Positions 1 to 10,378 of a DNA stretch of 17,872 bases are shown piece after piece; position 1 is the first letter of the stretch; each line of letters starts with the position of its first letter. The translations under genes and the position numbers were made by a program. Below the pieces are notes generated by a model that saw nothing but the letters and a program-made list of their open reading frames with translations, had not been told where the DNA came from and ran no database searches. Origin of the DNA: Piromyces finnis finn (taxonomy: Eukaryota; Fungi; Neocallimastigomycota); NCBI GenBank assembly GCA_002104945.1, contig MCFH01000201.1, positions 1 to 17,872 of the forward strand. The letters run 5' to 3'.

Positions 1-6
1 TTTGAA

Positions 7-88
7 GTCACTTTGGCGGAGTGGTTAACGCGGTGGCCTGCTAAGCCATTTCCCTTTGGGAGCGCAGGTTCGAGTCCTGCAGGTGACG
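7..88 (+). tRNA. tRNA-Ser (anticodon GCT), intronless, long variable arm
   Basis: Acceptor stem GTCACTT (7-13)/AGGTGAC (81-87), discriminator G88. D-arm with TGGCGGAGTGG. Anticodon stem GTGGC/GCCAT with loop CT-GCT-AA (GCT at 40-42). Variable arm CCC-TTT-GGG. T-arm GCAGG-TTCGAGT-CCTGC. No encoded CCA. Confidence 0.97.
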
Positions 89-99
89 TTTTAATTTTT
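89..99 (+). terminator. Pol III oligo-dT terminator of the tRNA gene
   Basis: T4 (89-92) and T5 (95-99) immediately follow the tRNA 3' end. Confidence 0.7.
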
Positions 100-465
100 G
101 TTTTATACTTTTTATATATATTATCTTTTTTATTTTATAATTTTTTTAATTGTATTTAATAAAAATTAATCCTAAATCGAATTATTTCATTTTTAATACT
201 AATACAATAAAAATAAGTTTTAAATATATTTGAAAAAATATTTTAATTTTATCTTATTTAATTTAATTATATAATTTTTTATAATAATAAAGATAAAAAG
301 AAAAGATATTATTCAATAATAATAACTTAGTTTATAGTAATAATAATTATTATTTTAAGAATAAGATAATACTTTTTTTATAATTATATTATGTTTTTTA
401 AGAAAAAAAAAACATATAATATATTTCTATAAATTACTCTTTTAAACTATTGCATGTTTTTGTAT

Positions 466-554
466 TAGAATATGATATATGGAATTATGTATAAATAAAT
501 TATGAAATATAGTAATACAATTTATTTATTCATAATTCCATATATCATATTCTA
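466..554. repeat. 89-nt near-perfect inverted repeat (hairpin, MITE-like)
   Basis: TAGAATATGATATATGGAATTATG (466-489) is the exact reverse complement of 531-554. After one T:T mismatch, 491-501 pairs with 519-529, leaving a 17-nt loop. Confidence 0.9.
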
Positions 555-1494
555 TGTCCTCCATACCTTTCAATTTACTTTGTGAATTACATTTAATAGT
601 ATTCTTTGTTTTATATTTTTCATTATTTTCCAATTATTTTTTTCATATAATTTTTTTAATTTTATGGAATTATTTTTATTTATTAAATTAATTATATTAC
701 TTGTAATTATATGTTTGATTTTTTATAATTTTTTGATATAAAAGCATTATTATGTAAATTAATATATCTTTAGTATTTTACATAAACAATGTAACTTACA
801 ATTAAATAACGGTGAAAATGCATTAATAATCATAAAGTCATATTAGTGAATAATTAATTATTGAATAATATTCACTTGCGTAAATAAAATATAGCTTTAA
901 TAGTATTAAAAAAATATTATTATAGTAATTTCATAAATTATAAAAGGTGATTTATATAAATATTTTCATTTTTATGGTAGATAAAAATATTGAAATTAAT
1001 AAAACAACATTCTTCAACACAAAACTTATTATAAAACTCTATCAAATTTAAAATACATATACTTTTTTTAATTTAATCATAATTTATTGTTTATTTTTCA
1101 TATTCTTATTCAATATATGATGATGATGATCATTAATTTTATCAATAGACCAATATATATTATATTAATATTTTGATATAGAAGTATAAGAATGAAATTG
1201 AAAAATCTTCTTAAAAAATAAAATATTTATAAAATATTTGCATATAAATAGTTATTTTGTTTTTAATACTTGTTTGCAATCGGAGATTACTTCTTATTAA
1301 TGTTTATTTATTTAATATATTTATATTAAATTATATATTAATTTTATATTAATTTTTGTTATTAATTTTTTTATTGACTACTTTTTATTTAGAAATAATA
1401 AAAAATATCTTTTTTTTCTTCAATAAAATAAAATATTAAATAATATAAAATAATATAAAATAAATGAAATGTTTTCTTTGATTTAATTTCAAAT

Positions 1495-1659
1495 AGCCAA
1501 TAGGTGAATTTAAATAAATTGAAATGTTGTTTTAATTTATTCTTAAAACTTTGTTTTTATTTTTTTTATTTTATTACTAAACTCTTTTTTATAATGTTTT
1601 GATATATTAAATTTTTGATTTTTATAATTCTTAAGGTTGCATAGGAGAGACTATAAATA
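1495..1659 (+). promoter_or_regulatory. Candidate promoter of the left gene copy (CCAAT box and TATA box)
   Basis: AGCCAATAG (CCAAT at 1497-1501) and TATAAATA (1652-1659) lie in relatively GC-richer islands ~390 and ~230 nt upstream of ATG 1888. Both are conserved in the right arm. TATA-like words are common in this AT-rich background. Confidence 0.35.
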
Positions 1660-1887
1660 CAAAGCCATTGTTCTCTTTTTTTTCTCATTTTATTTTTAAA
1701 ACAATAGCTTTAATTTATTTTTCAATTTCTTTAATTTTGTCCTACTAAATTTAAATTAAAAAAAAAGAAAGAAAACAATATCATTTTTAATTTTACATTG
1801 TTCTCATTGTGTTTTCATTGTCTTCAAAGAACAATATAATTCAATTTTAATAATATTTAAAATTCAAACATTTTATCTTTGACAAAA

Positions 1888-3635
1888 ATGAATGATCTTT
1901 GCTCTTTAGAAAAGTAAGTATTATAAGTATTATCATCCATTATTCATTATCCATCACATTTCAATTATCAATTATCAATTATATTTAATACTTTAGTAGA
2001 TTTATATTGTTTATTTTTTTAATTACATTATTTCTAACATAATTTTATTATTATTATTATTCTATCTATATATATCTATATATAATATAATTTTTATTAT
2101 TTTTATTATTTTTATCATTATTATTTTTATTCTATCTATATATTCTTTATATTAATGAATAATAATCGAAATTCAAAATTTTTAGTCCACTTAATGCATA
2201 TCTTTTAAAGCAAGAAGAATTTAAAAGATACATTAACGATATCCATCAATCTTTAAATTAAAAGAATATCTTAATCAAGGTTACAATCTTGATGATTATG
2301 TAAAATCAAAATGGAATATTTCAAAGTAAGTAAAAATAAAAAATATAAAATATAAAATGGTATAAAGTATATATAAATTATTAAATATTTTAAATAATTA
2401 ATAATATTATATTTTATTATATTTTATTATATTTTATTTATTATATTATAATTTATAGAACTCAAGCCTATCGTTATTTACTTTGTGCAAAACTTATTGA
2501 TCAACTTGAAGAATTTAAAATTCAACCAAGTATGTATATTATATGTATATTAAATAAACATTATTTTATTATTAAATATATATATAAATATAAATATATA
2601 TAAATATAAATATTTAAATAAAATGAATAAATACTAATATGAAATTTCAAAATAATTCAAGATTATGAACGTTTATGCAGATCTTTAAATAAATATGCTA
2701 AAACTACTCAACAAATAAAACTTTTATGGGGAATGATTCTTAAGAGGGTGAATAACAATGTCGATTTGATTACAAGTACTTTGGTTTCTAGAATTTGGAA
2801 TGAACTTTGTAAAGACAAGAAATATTCTCATATATGTCATTATGAAGAATCAATCATGAATAAAATTGAAATGACCATTAAAGAACATTCAAAAAAGTCA
2901 AAACAAAGCCAATTAAAACCAATAAATATTAAAAGAAAAAATTCAAATTCATATGATCATCATAATCAAAATGAAATTCAAAATGAAAACAATAATTGCA
3001 ATAACTGCAATAACTACAATAACTGCAATAACTACAATAACTGCAATAAATACAATAATAATGAAACTAGAACTACTTATTTAACTAGAACTACTTATTT
3101 AACTAGAACTACTTATTTAATATCACCAAAAGATTCATCTTATATTCCTGAAATTTCATCTCAATTAGTAATCATTCCATCGAATGATAATATTTGTAAA
3201 AATATTAATGAAAATATTAAAATTAATCAATATAAAATTGATGATCAATATGAAAATAATGATCAATTTTTATTAATTAACAGTAGCAGCAACAATAATA
3301 ACATTTTTTCTTTATCTCCAATAATTTCCGAACCTTCACTTTCTCCATCATCTTCCTATTCATCTTTATCACCATTGACCCCAAATGATGAAATAATCAT
3401 AACACCAACAATTCCAAGTAATGAAACTATGTTCACTCCAATAGTTTCAAGTAATGATGATGTCTTTACTCCAACAATTCCAAGTAATGAAACTTCAATG
3501 AATACCTTTTCTTCCTATTCAAGTAATGAAATTAATTTATTATCCATTGAATCTAACCAATATTACAATGAAAATCAAAACATTCCAATTTATTATACAA
3601 CTCCAAACAACCAACAAACAATTTTGTATTATTAA
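1888..3635 (+). CDS. 4-exon gene, copy A (~403 aa if repaired): N-terminal HTH-like helical domain plus N/S/T/P-rich low-complexity tail. 1-nt deletion in exon 2 as sequenced.
   Basis: Exons 1888-1913, 2186-2325, 2459-2529, 2662-3635. Donors GTAAGT/GTAAGT/GTATGT, acceptors TTTAG/TATAG/TCAAG, branch-like TACTAAT at 2632-2638. Splice phases 2, 2, 1 all join in frame once the missing C (between 2259 and 2260; present in copy B) is restored: MNDLCSLENPLNAYLLKQEEFKRYINDIHQSLNSKEYLNQGYNLDDYVKSKWNISKTQAYRYLLCAKLIDQLEEFKIQPNYERLCRSLNKYAKTTQQIKLLWG, then the 300-aa ORF 2733-3635. As sequenced, the deletion gives an immediate TAA. Confidence 0.82.
2991..3119 (+). repeat. In-frame coding minisatellites: 7 x 9 nt (N-N-C/N-N-Y, 2991-3053) and 3 x 18 nt exact (TRTTYL, 3066-3119)
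   Basis: AATAACTGC/AATAACTAC units, mostly alternating, and ACTAGAACTACTTATTTA x3. Mirrored identically at 7972-8034 and 7906-7959. Confidence 0.93.
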
Positions 3636-4149
3636 AACCTCTTACTTTTTTTTGGAAATTTTTATAATTGAAAATAGAAATTTTATAAAATTACTATATT
3701 AAATTATAGAAATTAAAATGACAAATAAATATAATTTTATTTGATATAATAATGTGCATATATTAATGATTGAATATATTATAAATAACAAACTATTTTT
3801 ATATATAAAAATTAATAAATAATTATAATTAATATTAATAAATGTACTAATTAACTATACTATAAATTATTATATTTATTTTTATAAAAAAATAAAAGAA
3901 ATATAAAATTTAATACAATTCATATTTTTTAAATAGTTAATATAGTAAAATGATTTCTGATTAATAAAATTGTTTAAACGGATAGAGGTAGTTTAAAGAA
4001 TTTATTTTAATAACCATTAAATATTATTAATTCTTATATTTCCTTATATACTATTTTCAGATGATAAAATGTAATATTTTTTTTAATTTTTGAAAAAAAG
4101 AGTTATTAATCACTATTTATAAAATTATATATTTTAATATTTGCTATTA

Positions 4150-4723
4150 TTTATTTTGAATAATTAAATAATACACATTAAACAGTATAGGTAAAATCTT
4201 TTATTACAAAATTTTTATTTATGTTTATTATTTATTTAGTTGGCTTACATTTGGTTTTATTTACTATTTAGTTGATTTTATTATTAAAATATATTATTAT
4301 ATTTTTTTTCCTTAATCTAAATTATATATATTTTTATTAAAGCCTTTTATAAAGTTAGTAATAAAAATACATATAGACAAACTATGAATTATAGAGTAAG
4401 AATAAATTAGAATGGTAATATTCTATAAATTATTAGTAATATAACAAATAATTAATTGTTACAAATCACTAAAAATGAATTAAAATAATTATTAATTTTT
4501 TTGCAGTATTATTGATAAAAATTATAAATGTAATTTTTGATGATTTTTATCTTCAAATTATTGTCTCTTTCATTTTTGATTGATTATAATTTAAAAGGTT
4601 TAAATTTATTGTTTGTTCTCTTCATCTTTTCCCTCATTAATATTTGAGTCACTTTAAAAGCTATTAATTAATATTATCTTTTGAAAAATTCTTTAGAATT
4701 TGTAGAGATATTTAATCTGAGCT
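4150..4723. repeat. Diverged middle arm of the palindrome (partner ~6339-6900)
   Basis: Exact inverted anchors 4317-4341 = rc(6720-6744) (25 nt) and 4359-4382 = rc(6693-6716) (24 nt), on the same symmetry axis. Looser gapped similarity continues on both sides. Outer limits are approximate. Confidence 0.7.
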
Positions 4724-5160
4724 TTTTCTTCTTCAGCTAGGATAGAATTTTTATGGAGCATATCATAGTAGATTTATTGAATTGGATTAATTCAATAATT
4801 GAAATTGTTAAATATTTATTAATTAATATAATAATACTAGGAAATATTTATTATATTAATAATGTAGAAAAAAAAGGTTTATTTTAACTAGACAGATTGT
4901 ATTATTAATTTTTATATATAAAAGAAAAAAAAGTATAATAATTAAACAATTGCTGCATCTGTCTAAGTAAGTAGTTATAAAAATATTTTATTCATAAATC
5001 ATCATAATAAGTTGCATGAAAGATTGCTGTACAAGTCTAATACCAGACATGTTTTTTTGCGTTTTTTTTAAATACTTTTGTATTTTTTTCTTTTCATCAT
5101 AAAGATGAAGATGATGATACTTAAATAATGATTTTGGTTCTTTTTTCTTCTTTTTATATA
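4724..5160. repeat. Left inner arm (437 bp) of the palindrome, ~99% identical to 5903-6338 (inverted)
   Basis: Base-by-base reverse-complement match with only a few differences (e.g. the H/Y codon seen in the ORF track; GATAGAATTTTT vs GATAAAATTTT). Central spacer is 5161-5902. Confidence 0.95.
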
Positions 5161-5902
5161 TTTTTTTAATAATAATAAAAATTGTTTGATAGTATAAAAT
5201 TTTTTTACAAGAATAAAAACAATATGAATCAAAAGAAGTGGTGAATAATAAAAAAAAATTCATTAAATAGCTTAATTTAATAATATGTCTGGACTTTGGG
5301 AAAATTTTTAAATTTTTATTTATACCACTGATAGGTTCAGTTATAAAATTATATTTATAAATGTTTTTAAGAGGATTTTATATCTACTTTCAATGATCTT
5401 TTATTATTATAATTATTTACTATTTTATGAACTATTAAGTTCCATGTTTAAATGAGCTATTTTCTACTATTTCTACTATTTTAAAAATAACATTTCTCCT
5501 ATTATAATATTAGGTAAAAAATTCTATATGTACTATAATAAAATATTAAAAAGTTTCCTACATTTTCAATACATTATATAAAATTTTATTACATTACGTA
5601 TACATTATTTGTTTAGTTCTTGTGAACGTTTTTTATTATTATTTTTAATCACAAAAAATATAAAATTTAGTATTATTAAATTTGAAATTAAAAATTAAAA
5701 TTTTAATGGTTAAGTTAAAAAATTCATCTATTTCTTGTAATATAAATGATATATTATTTTATTCAACAATAATAATATTAATATAAAAATGATAAAGATA
5801 GTTTTAAATATTTTGTAATTTATAATAATTTTATGTCGATTGTGTGGATAAGTAAATATTCTCCTTTTAATAAATCAAAGACTAAAATAAAACGAAACAA
5901 AG

Positions 5903-6338
5903 TATATAAAAGAAGAAAAAAAGAACCAAAATCATTATTTAAGTATCATCATCTTTATCTTTATGATGAAAAGAAAAAAATACAAAAGTATTTAAAAAAA
6001 ACGCAAAAAAACATGTCTGGTATTAGACTTGTACAGCAATCTTTCATGCAACTTATTATGATGATTTATGAATAAAATATTTTTATAACTACTTACTTAG
6101 ACAGATGCAGCAATTGTTTAATTATTATACTTTTTTTTCTTTTATATATAAAAATTAATAATACAATCTGTCTAGTTAAAATAAACCTTTTTTTTCTACA
6201 TTATTAATATAATAAATATTTCCTAGTATTATTATATTAATTAATAAATATTTAACAATTTCAATTATTGAATTAATCCAATTCAATAAATCTACTATGA
6301 TATGCTCCATAAAATTTTATCCTAGCTGAAGAAGAAAA
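5903..6338. repeat. Right inner arm (436 bp) of the palindrome
   Basis: Reverse complement of 4724-5160. It explains why ORFs 4988-5263(-) and 5833-6075(+) share a C-terminus. Confidence 0.95.
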
Positions 6339-7389
6339 TATTGAACTAGATTGGTTTAATATCTATTTAATATCTACTACATTTTTCAATAATATTCAAA
6401 ATAGTTTCAAAGTATCTTAAAAATAAAAGATAAAGAAAAGAAGAGGAAAAATAAAAGTAATAATTAATAATCAATTAAATTGAAAACTTAGTATGAAGAT
6501 TAAAACTTTCTAAGAAGATTATTAAATATTTATTAATTTCAATAATAATACTAAAAAAAAAGTTAAATAACTTTAAAGGCATACATATTTTTATTTATTA
6601 TTATTTAATTATTTATTATTTTCTAAATATTAATGAAAATAAAAAGAAATTTACAATGCAGTTCCAATATATTTTTACTCCGTAATTCAAATGTTTGTCT
6701 ATATGTATTTTTATTATAGTTTAATAAAAATATATATAATTTAGTTTAAAAAAAATAATACAATGTATTTGAATAATAAGTAATAAAATAAAATTAAATA
6801 AAAATGTCGTAAATTATATATAAAAAAAAATATATAAATAACGAAAATTAATATTCATTTTAATTTGTTTGTATATATTATTTAATGTGTAAATAATTAT
6901 TTGTTATATTTAAATAATATACTATAAGAAAATTTTATGAAAGTACAATTTATCAAATGTAAAATTAAGTTCTAATATATGAAAAATATTTAAAGATATT
7001 AATATATAAAAAAACTATTAACAAAATGGAAATTATAAGTTATCTTTTAAATATTATTTTATTGTTATGTTATATTATTATATAATTATTTTTTATTTAA
7101 TTTTATATCACTATTTTTAAAAATGAATATATTTATTATTAAAATTGTTATATATAGGTATTATGAAAATACTTTTTATCTATTATTAATATTTATTATA
7201 CATATAAAGTGTGCTATTTATAAATTATTTATAAACAATATATACAATTTTATATATACATTAAATTTGAATAGTAGAAAAAATAATAAAATGAAATATC
7301 ATTATTTATTTTTCTATAATTAGATAAGAATTAAAGCTCTATATTTTAGTCGTTTTCCATTACATTAGAATAATTAAATACATAAAATT

Positions 7390-9143
7390 TTAATAATACA
7401 AAATTGTTTGTTGGTTGTTTGGAGTTGTATAATAAATTGGAATGTTTTGATTTTCATTGTAATATTGGTTAGATTCAATGGATAATAAATTAATTTCATT
7501 ACTTGAATAGGAAGAAAAGGTATTCATTGAAGTTTCATTACTTGGAATTGTTGGAGTAAAGACATCATCATTACTTGAAACTATTGGAGTGAACATAGTT
7601 TCATTACTTGGAATTGTTGGTGTTATGATTATTTCATCATTTGGGGTCAATGGTGATAAAGATGAATAGGAAGATGATGGAGAAAGTGAAGGTTCGGAAA
7701 TTATTGGAGATAAAGAAAAAATGTTATTATTGTTGCTGCTACTGTTAATTAATAAAAATTGATCATTATTTTCATATTGATCATCAATTTTATATTGATT
7801 AATTTTAATATTTTCATTAATATTTTTACAAATATTATCATTCGATGGAATGATTACTAATTGAGATGAAATTTCAGGAATATAAGATGAATCTTTTGGT
7901 GATATTAAATAAGTAGTTCTAGTTAAATAAGTAGTTCTAGTTAAATAAGTAGTTCTAGTTTCATTATTATTGTATTTATTGCAGTTATTGTAGTTATTGC
8001 AGTTATTGTAGTTATTGCAGTTATTGCAATTATTGTTTTCATTTTGAATTTCATTTTGATTATGATGATCATATGAATTTGAATTTTTTCTTTTAATATT
8101 TATTGGTTTTAATTGGCTTTGTTTTGACTTTTTTGAATGTTCTTTAATGGTCATTTCAATTTTATTCATGATTGATTCTTCATAATGACATATATGAGAA
8201 TATTTCTTGTCTTTACAAAGTTCATTCCAAATTCTAGAAACCAAAGTACTTGTAATCAAATCGACATTGTTATTCACCCTCTTAAGAATCATTCCCCATA
8301 AAAGTTTTATTTGTTGAGTAGTTTTAGCATATTTATTTAAAGATCTGCATAAACGTTCATAATCTTGAATTATTTTGAAATTTCATATTAGTATTTATTC
8401 ATTTTATTTAAATATTTATATTTATATATATTTATATTTATATATATATTTAATAATAAAATAATGTTTATTTAATATACATATAATATACATACTTGGT
8501 TGAATTTTAAATTTTCAAGTTGATCAATAAGTTTTGCACAAAGTAAATAACGATAGGCTTGAGTTCTATAAATTATAATATAATAAATAAAATATAATAA
8601 AATATAATAAAATATAATATTATTAATTATTTAAAATATTTAATAATTTATATATACTTTATACCATTTTATATTTTATATTTTTTATTTTTACTTACTT
8701 TGAAATATTCCATTTTGATTTTACATAATCATCAAGATTGTAACCTTGATTAAGATATTCTTTTGAATTTAAAGATTGATGGATATCGTTAATGTATCTT
8801 TTAAATTCTTCTTGCTTTAAAAGATATGCATTAAGTGGACTAAAAATTTTGAATTTCGATTATTATTCATTAATATAAAGAATATATAGATAGAATAAAA
8901 TGATAAAATAATAATGATAAAAATAATAAAAATAATAAAAATTATATTATATATAGATATATATAGATAGAATAAAATAATAATAAAATTATGTTAGAAA
9001 TAATGTAATTAAAAAAATAAACAATATAAATCTACTAAAGTATTAAATATAATTGATAATTGATAATTGAAATGTGATGGATAATGAATAATGGATGATA
9101 ATACTTATAATACTTACTTTTCTAAAGAGCAAAGATCACTCAT
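7390..9143 (-). CDS. 4-exon gene, copy B (~403 aa if repaired). 1-nt deletion in exon 3 as sequenced.
   Basis: Exons 9143-9118 (MSDLCSLE), 8839-8699 (141 nt, in frame), 8565-8496 (70 nt vs 71 in copy A; the G of GAA-GAA is missing between 8514 and 8513) and 8363-7390. Same splice signals as copy A. Confidence 0.82.
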
Positions 9144-9368
9144 TTTTGTCAAAGATAAAATGTTTGAATTTTAAATATTATTAAAATTGAATTGTATTGT
9201 TCTTTGAAGACAATGTAAAATTAAAAATGTTATGAATGTATTTTGTATTGTTTACTTTCTTTTTTTTTTTAATTTAAATTTAGTAGGACAAAATTAAAGA
9301 AATTGAAAAATAAATTAAAGCTATTGTTTTAAAAATAAAATGAGAAAAAAAAGAGAACAATGGCTTTG

Positions 9369-9533
9369 TATTTATAGTCTCTCCTATGCAACCTTAAGAA
9401 TTATAAAAATCAAAAATTTAATATATCAAAACGTTATAAAAAAGAGTTTAATAATAAAATAAAAAAAATAAAAACAAAGTTTTAAGAATAAATTAAAACA
9501 ACATTTCAATTTATTTAAATTCACCTATTGGCT
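9369..9533 (-). promoter_or_regulatory. Candidate promoter of the right gene copy
   Basis: Mirror of the left promoter: CCAAT at 9531-9527 and TATAAATA at 9376-9369. Confidence 0.35.
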
Positions 9534-10320
9534 ATTTGAAATTAAATCAAAGAAAACATTTCATTTATTTTATATTATTTTATATTATTTAATATTTTAT
9601 TTTATTGAAGAAAAAAAAGATATTTTTTATTATTTTTTAATAAAAAGCAGTCAATAAAAAATTAATAACAAAATTTAATATAAAATTAATATATAATTTA
9701 ATATAAATATATTAAATAAAAAAACATTAATATGAAATAATCTCCGATTGCAAACAAATATTAAAAATAAAATAACTATTTATATGCAAATATTTTGTAA
9801 ATATTTTATTTTTTAAGATTTTTCAATTTCATTCTTATATTTCTATATCAAAATATTCATACAATATATATTGATATGTAAAATTTGTACAATGTTATTG
9901 ATCATTAACTAATTAGTTTATTAACTAACTAATTTATAATCTTCAAGAAAAATAATTAAATATAAAAATTTAATATTAATAATTTTATGAATTTATATAC
10001 TTTTGTAAATAAAAAAGGATAATTAAGTTGAAAGTGCTGATGAATATAATGATAACATAGGTTAGATTATATTCAATATTTTAGTTTATATCACTTTCTA
10101 ATAAAAATTCACCAAAATTTATGATGCGTTGACCGATATATTTGTGAATAATATAATGTTTTTAATAAATAATAAATTCTATATTATTATGATGAAACAA
10201 TAAATTTAAAATAAAATAAAATATGTTTTATAATTAACAAATAAATCACTCAAAACTCGAAAATAAACTCTTATTATGTTTTAAATTAAATCTTTATTAT
10301 ATTTTATAATTTATTTATTA

Positions 10321-10378
10321 TCTATTTATTGTCTTTTTATTCTCTTATTTATTGTCTTTTTATTCTCTATTTATTGTC
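10321..10378. repeat. Tandem repeat, ~2.6 x 22-23 nt
   Basis: Unit TCT(T)ATTTATTGTCTTTTTATTC starts at 10321, 10343 and 10366 (partial). Confidence 0.8.

Larger units (their letters stand above)
1151..3637 (+). repeat. Left outer arm of large inverted duplication (partner 7388-9873)
   Basis: Reverse-complement match to 7388-9873. 2186-3637 is identical to 7388-8839 except for two 1-nt indels. 1151-2185 shows scattered substitutions and indels up to 16-20 nt. Homology stops 2 nt after the gene's stop codon. Confidence 0.96.
7388..9873 (-). repeat. Right outer arm of large inverted duplication (partner 1151-3637)
   Basis: Coordinate sums are about 11024-11025 at both ends (3637+7388; 1151+9873). 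Confidence 0.96.

Noticed and set aside
845-876. 8-bp hairpin AGTGAATA/TATTCACT, and similar short stems elsewhere (e.g. ~10764-10790)
   Set aside because: Stems of this length are expected by chance at this AT content and have no supporting context.
2733-3635. The 300-aa ORF (and its twin at 7390-8292) as a complete gene starting at MILKRV
   Set aside because: The frame is open upstream to a splice acceptor at 2661, and three upstream exons join in phase. This ORF is only most of exon 4.
4988-6075. ORFs 4988-5263(-) and 5833-6075(+) as real small proteins
   Set aside because: They share a C-terminus only because they overlap the inverted repeat. Their N-termini are unrelated, the composition is poly-A-driven Lys/Ile, and I recognise no domain.
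7123-7323. 66-aa ORF
   Set aside because: An I/N/Y/K/F-only translation typical of chance ORFs in ~90% AT DNA.
3638-7387. The whole palindrome as a foldback/chimeric read artefact
   Set aside because: Artefactual foldbacks give uniformly identical arms. Here the arms contain real substitutions, 16-20-nt indels and heavily diverged blocks. Local polishing cross-talk is still possible.
1127-9908. TGATCATTAA direct repeat (1127-1136 and 9899-9908) as a target-site duplication of a giant foldback/Mutator-like element
   Set aside because: The copies sit 14 and 25 nt away from the arm ends rather than abutting them. The core TGATCA is palindromic, so a decayed extension of the inverted arms explains the match. 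No transposase is present.
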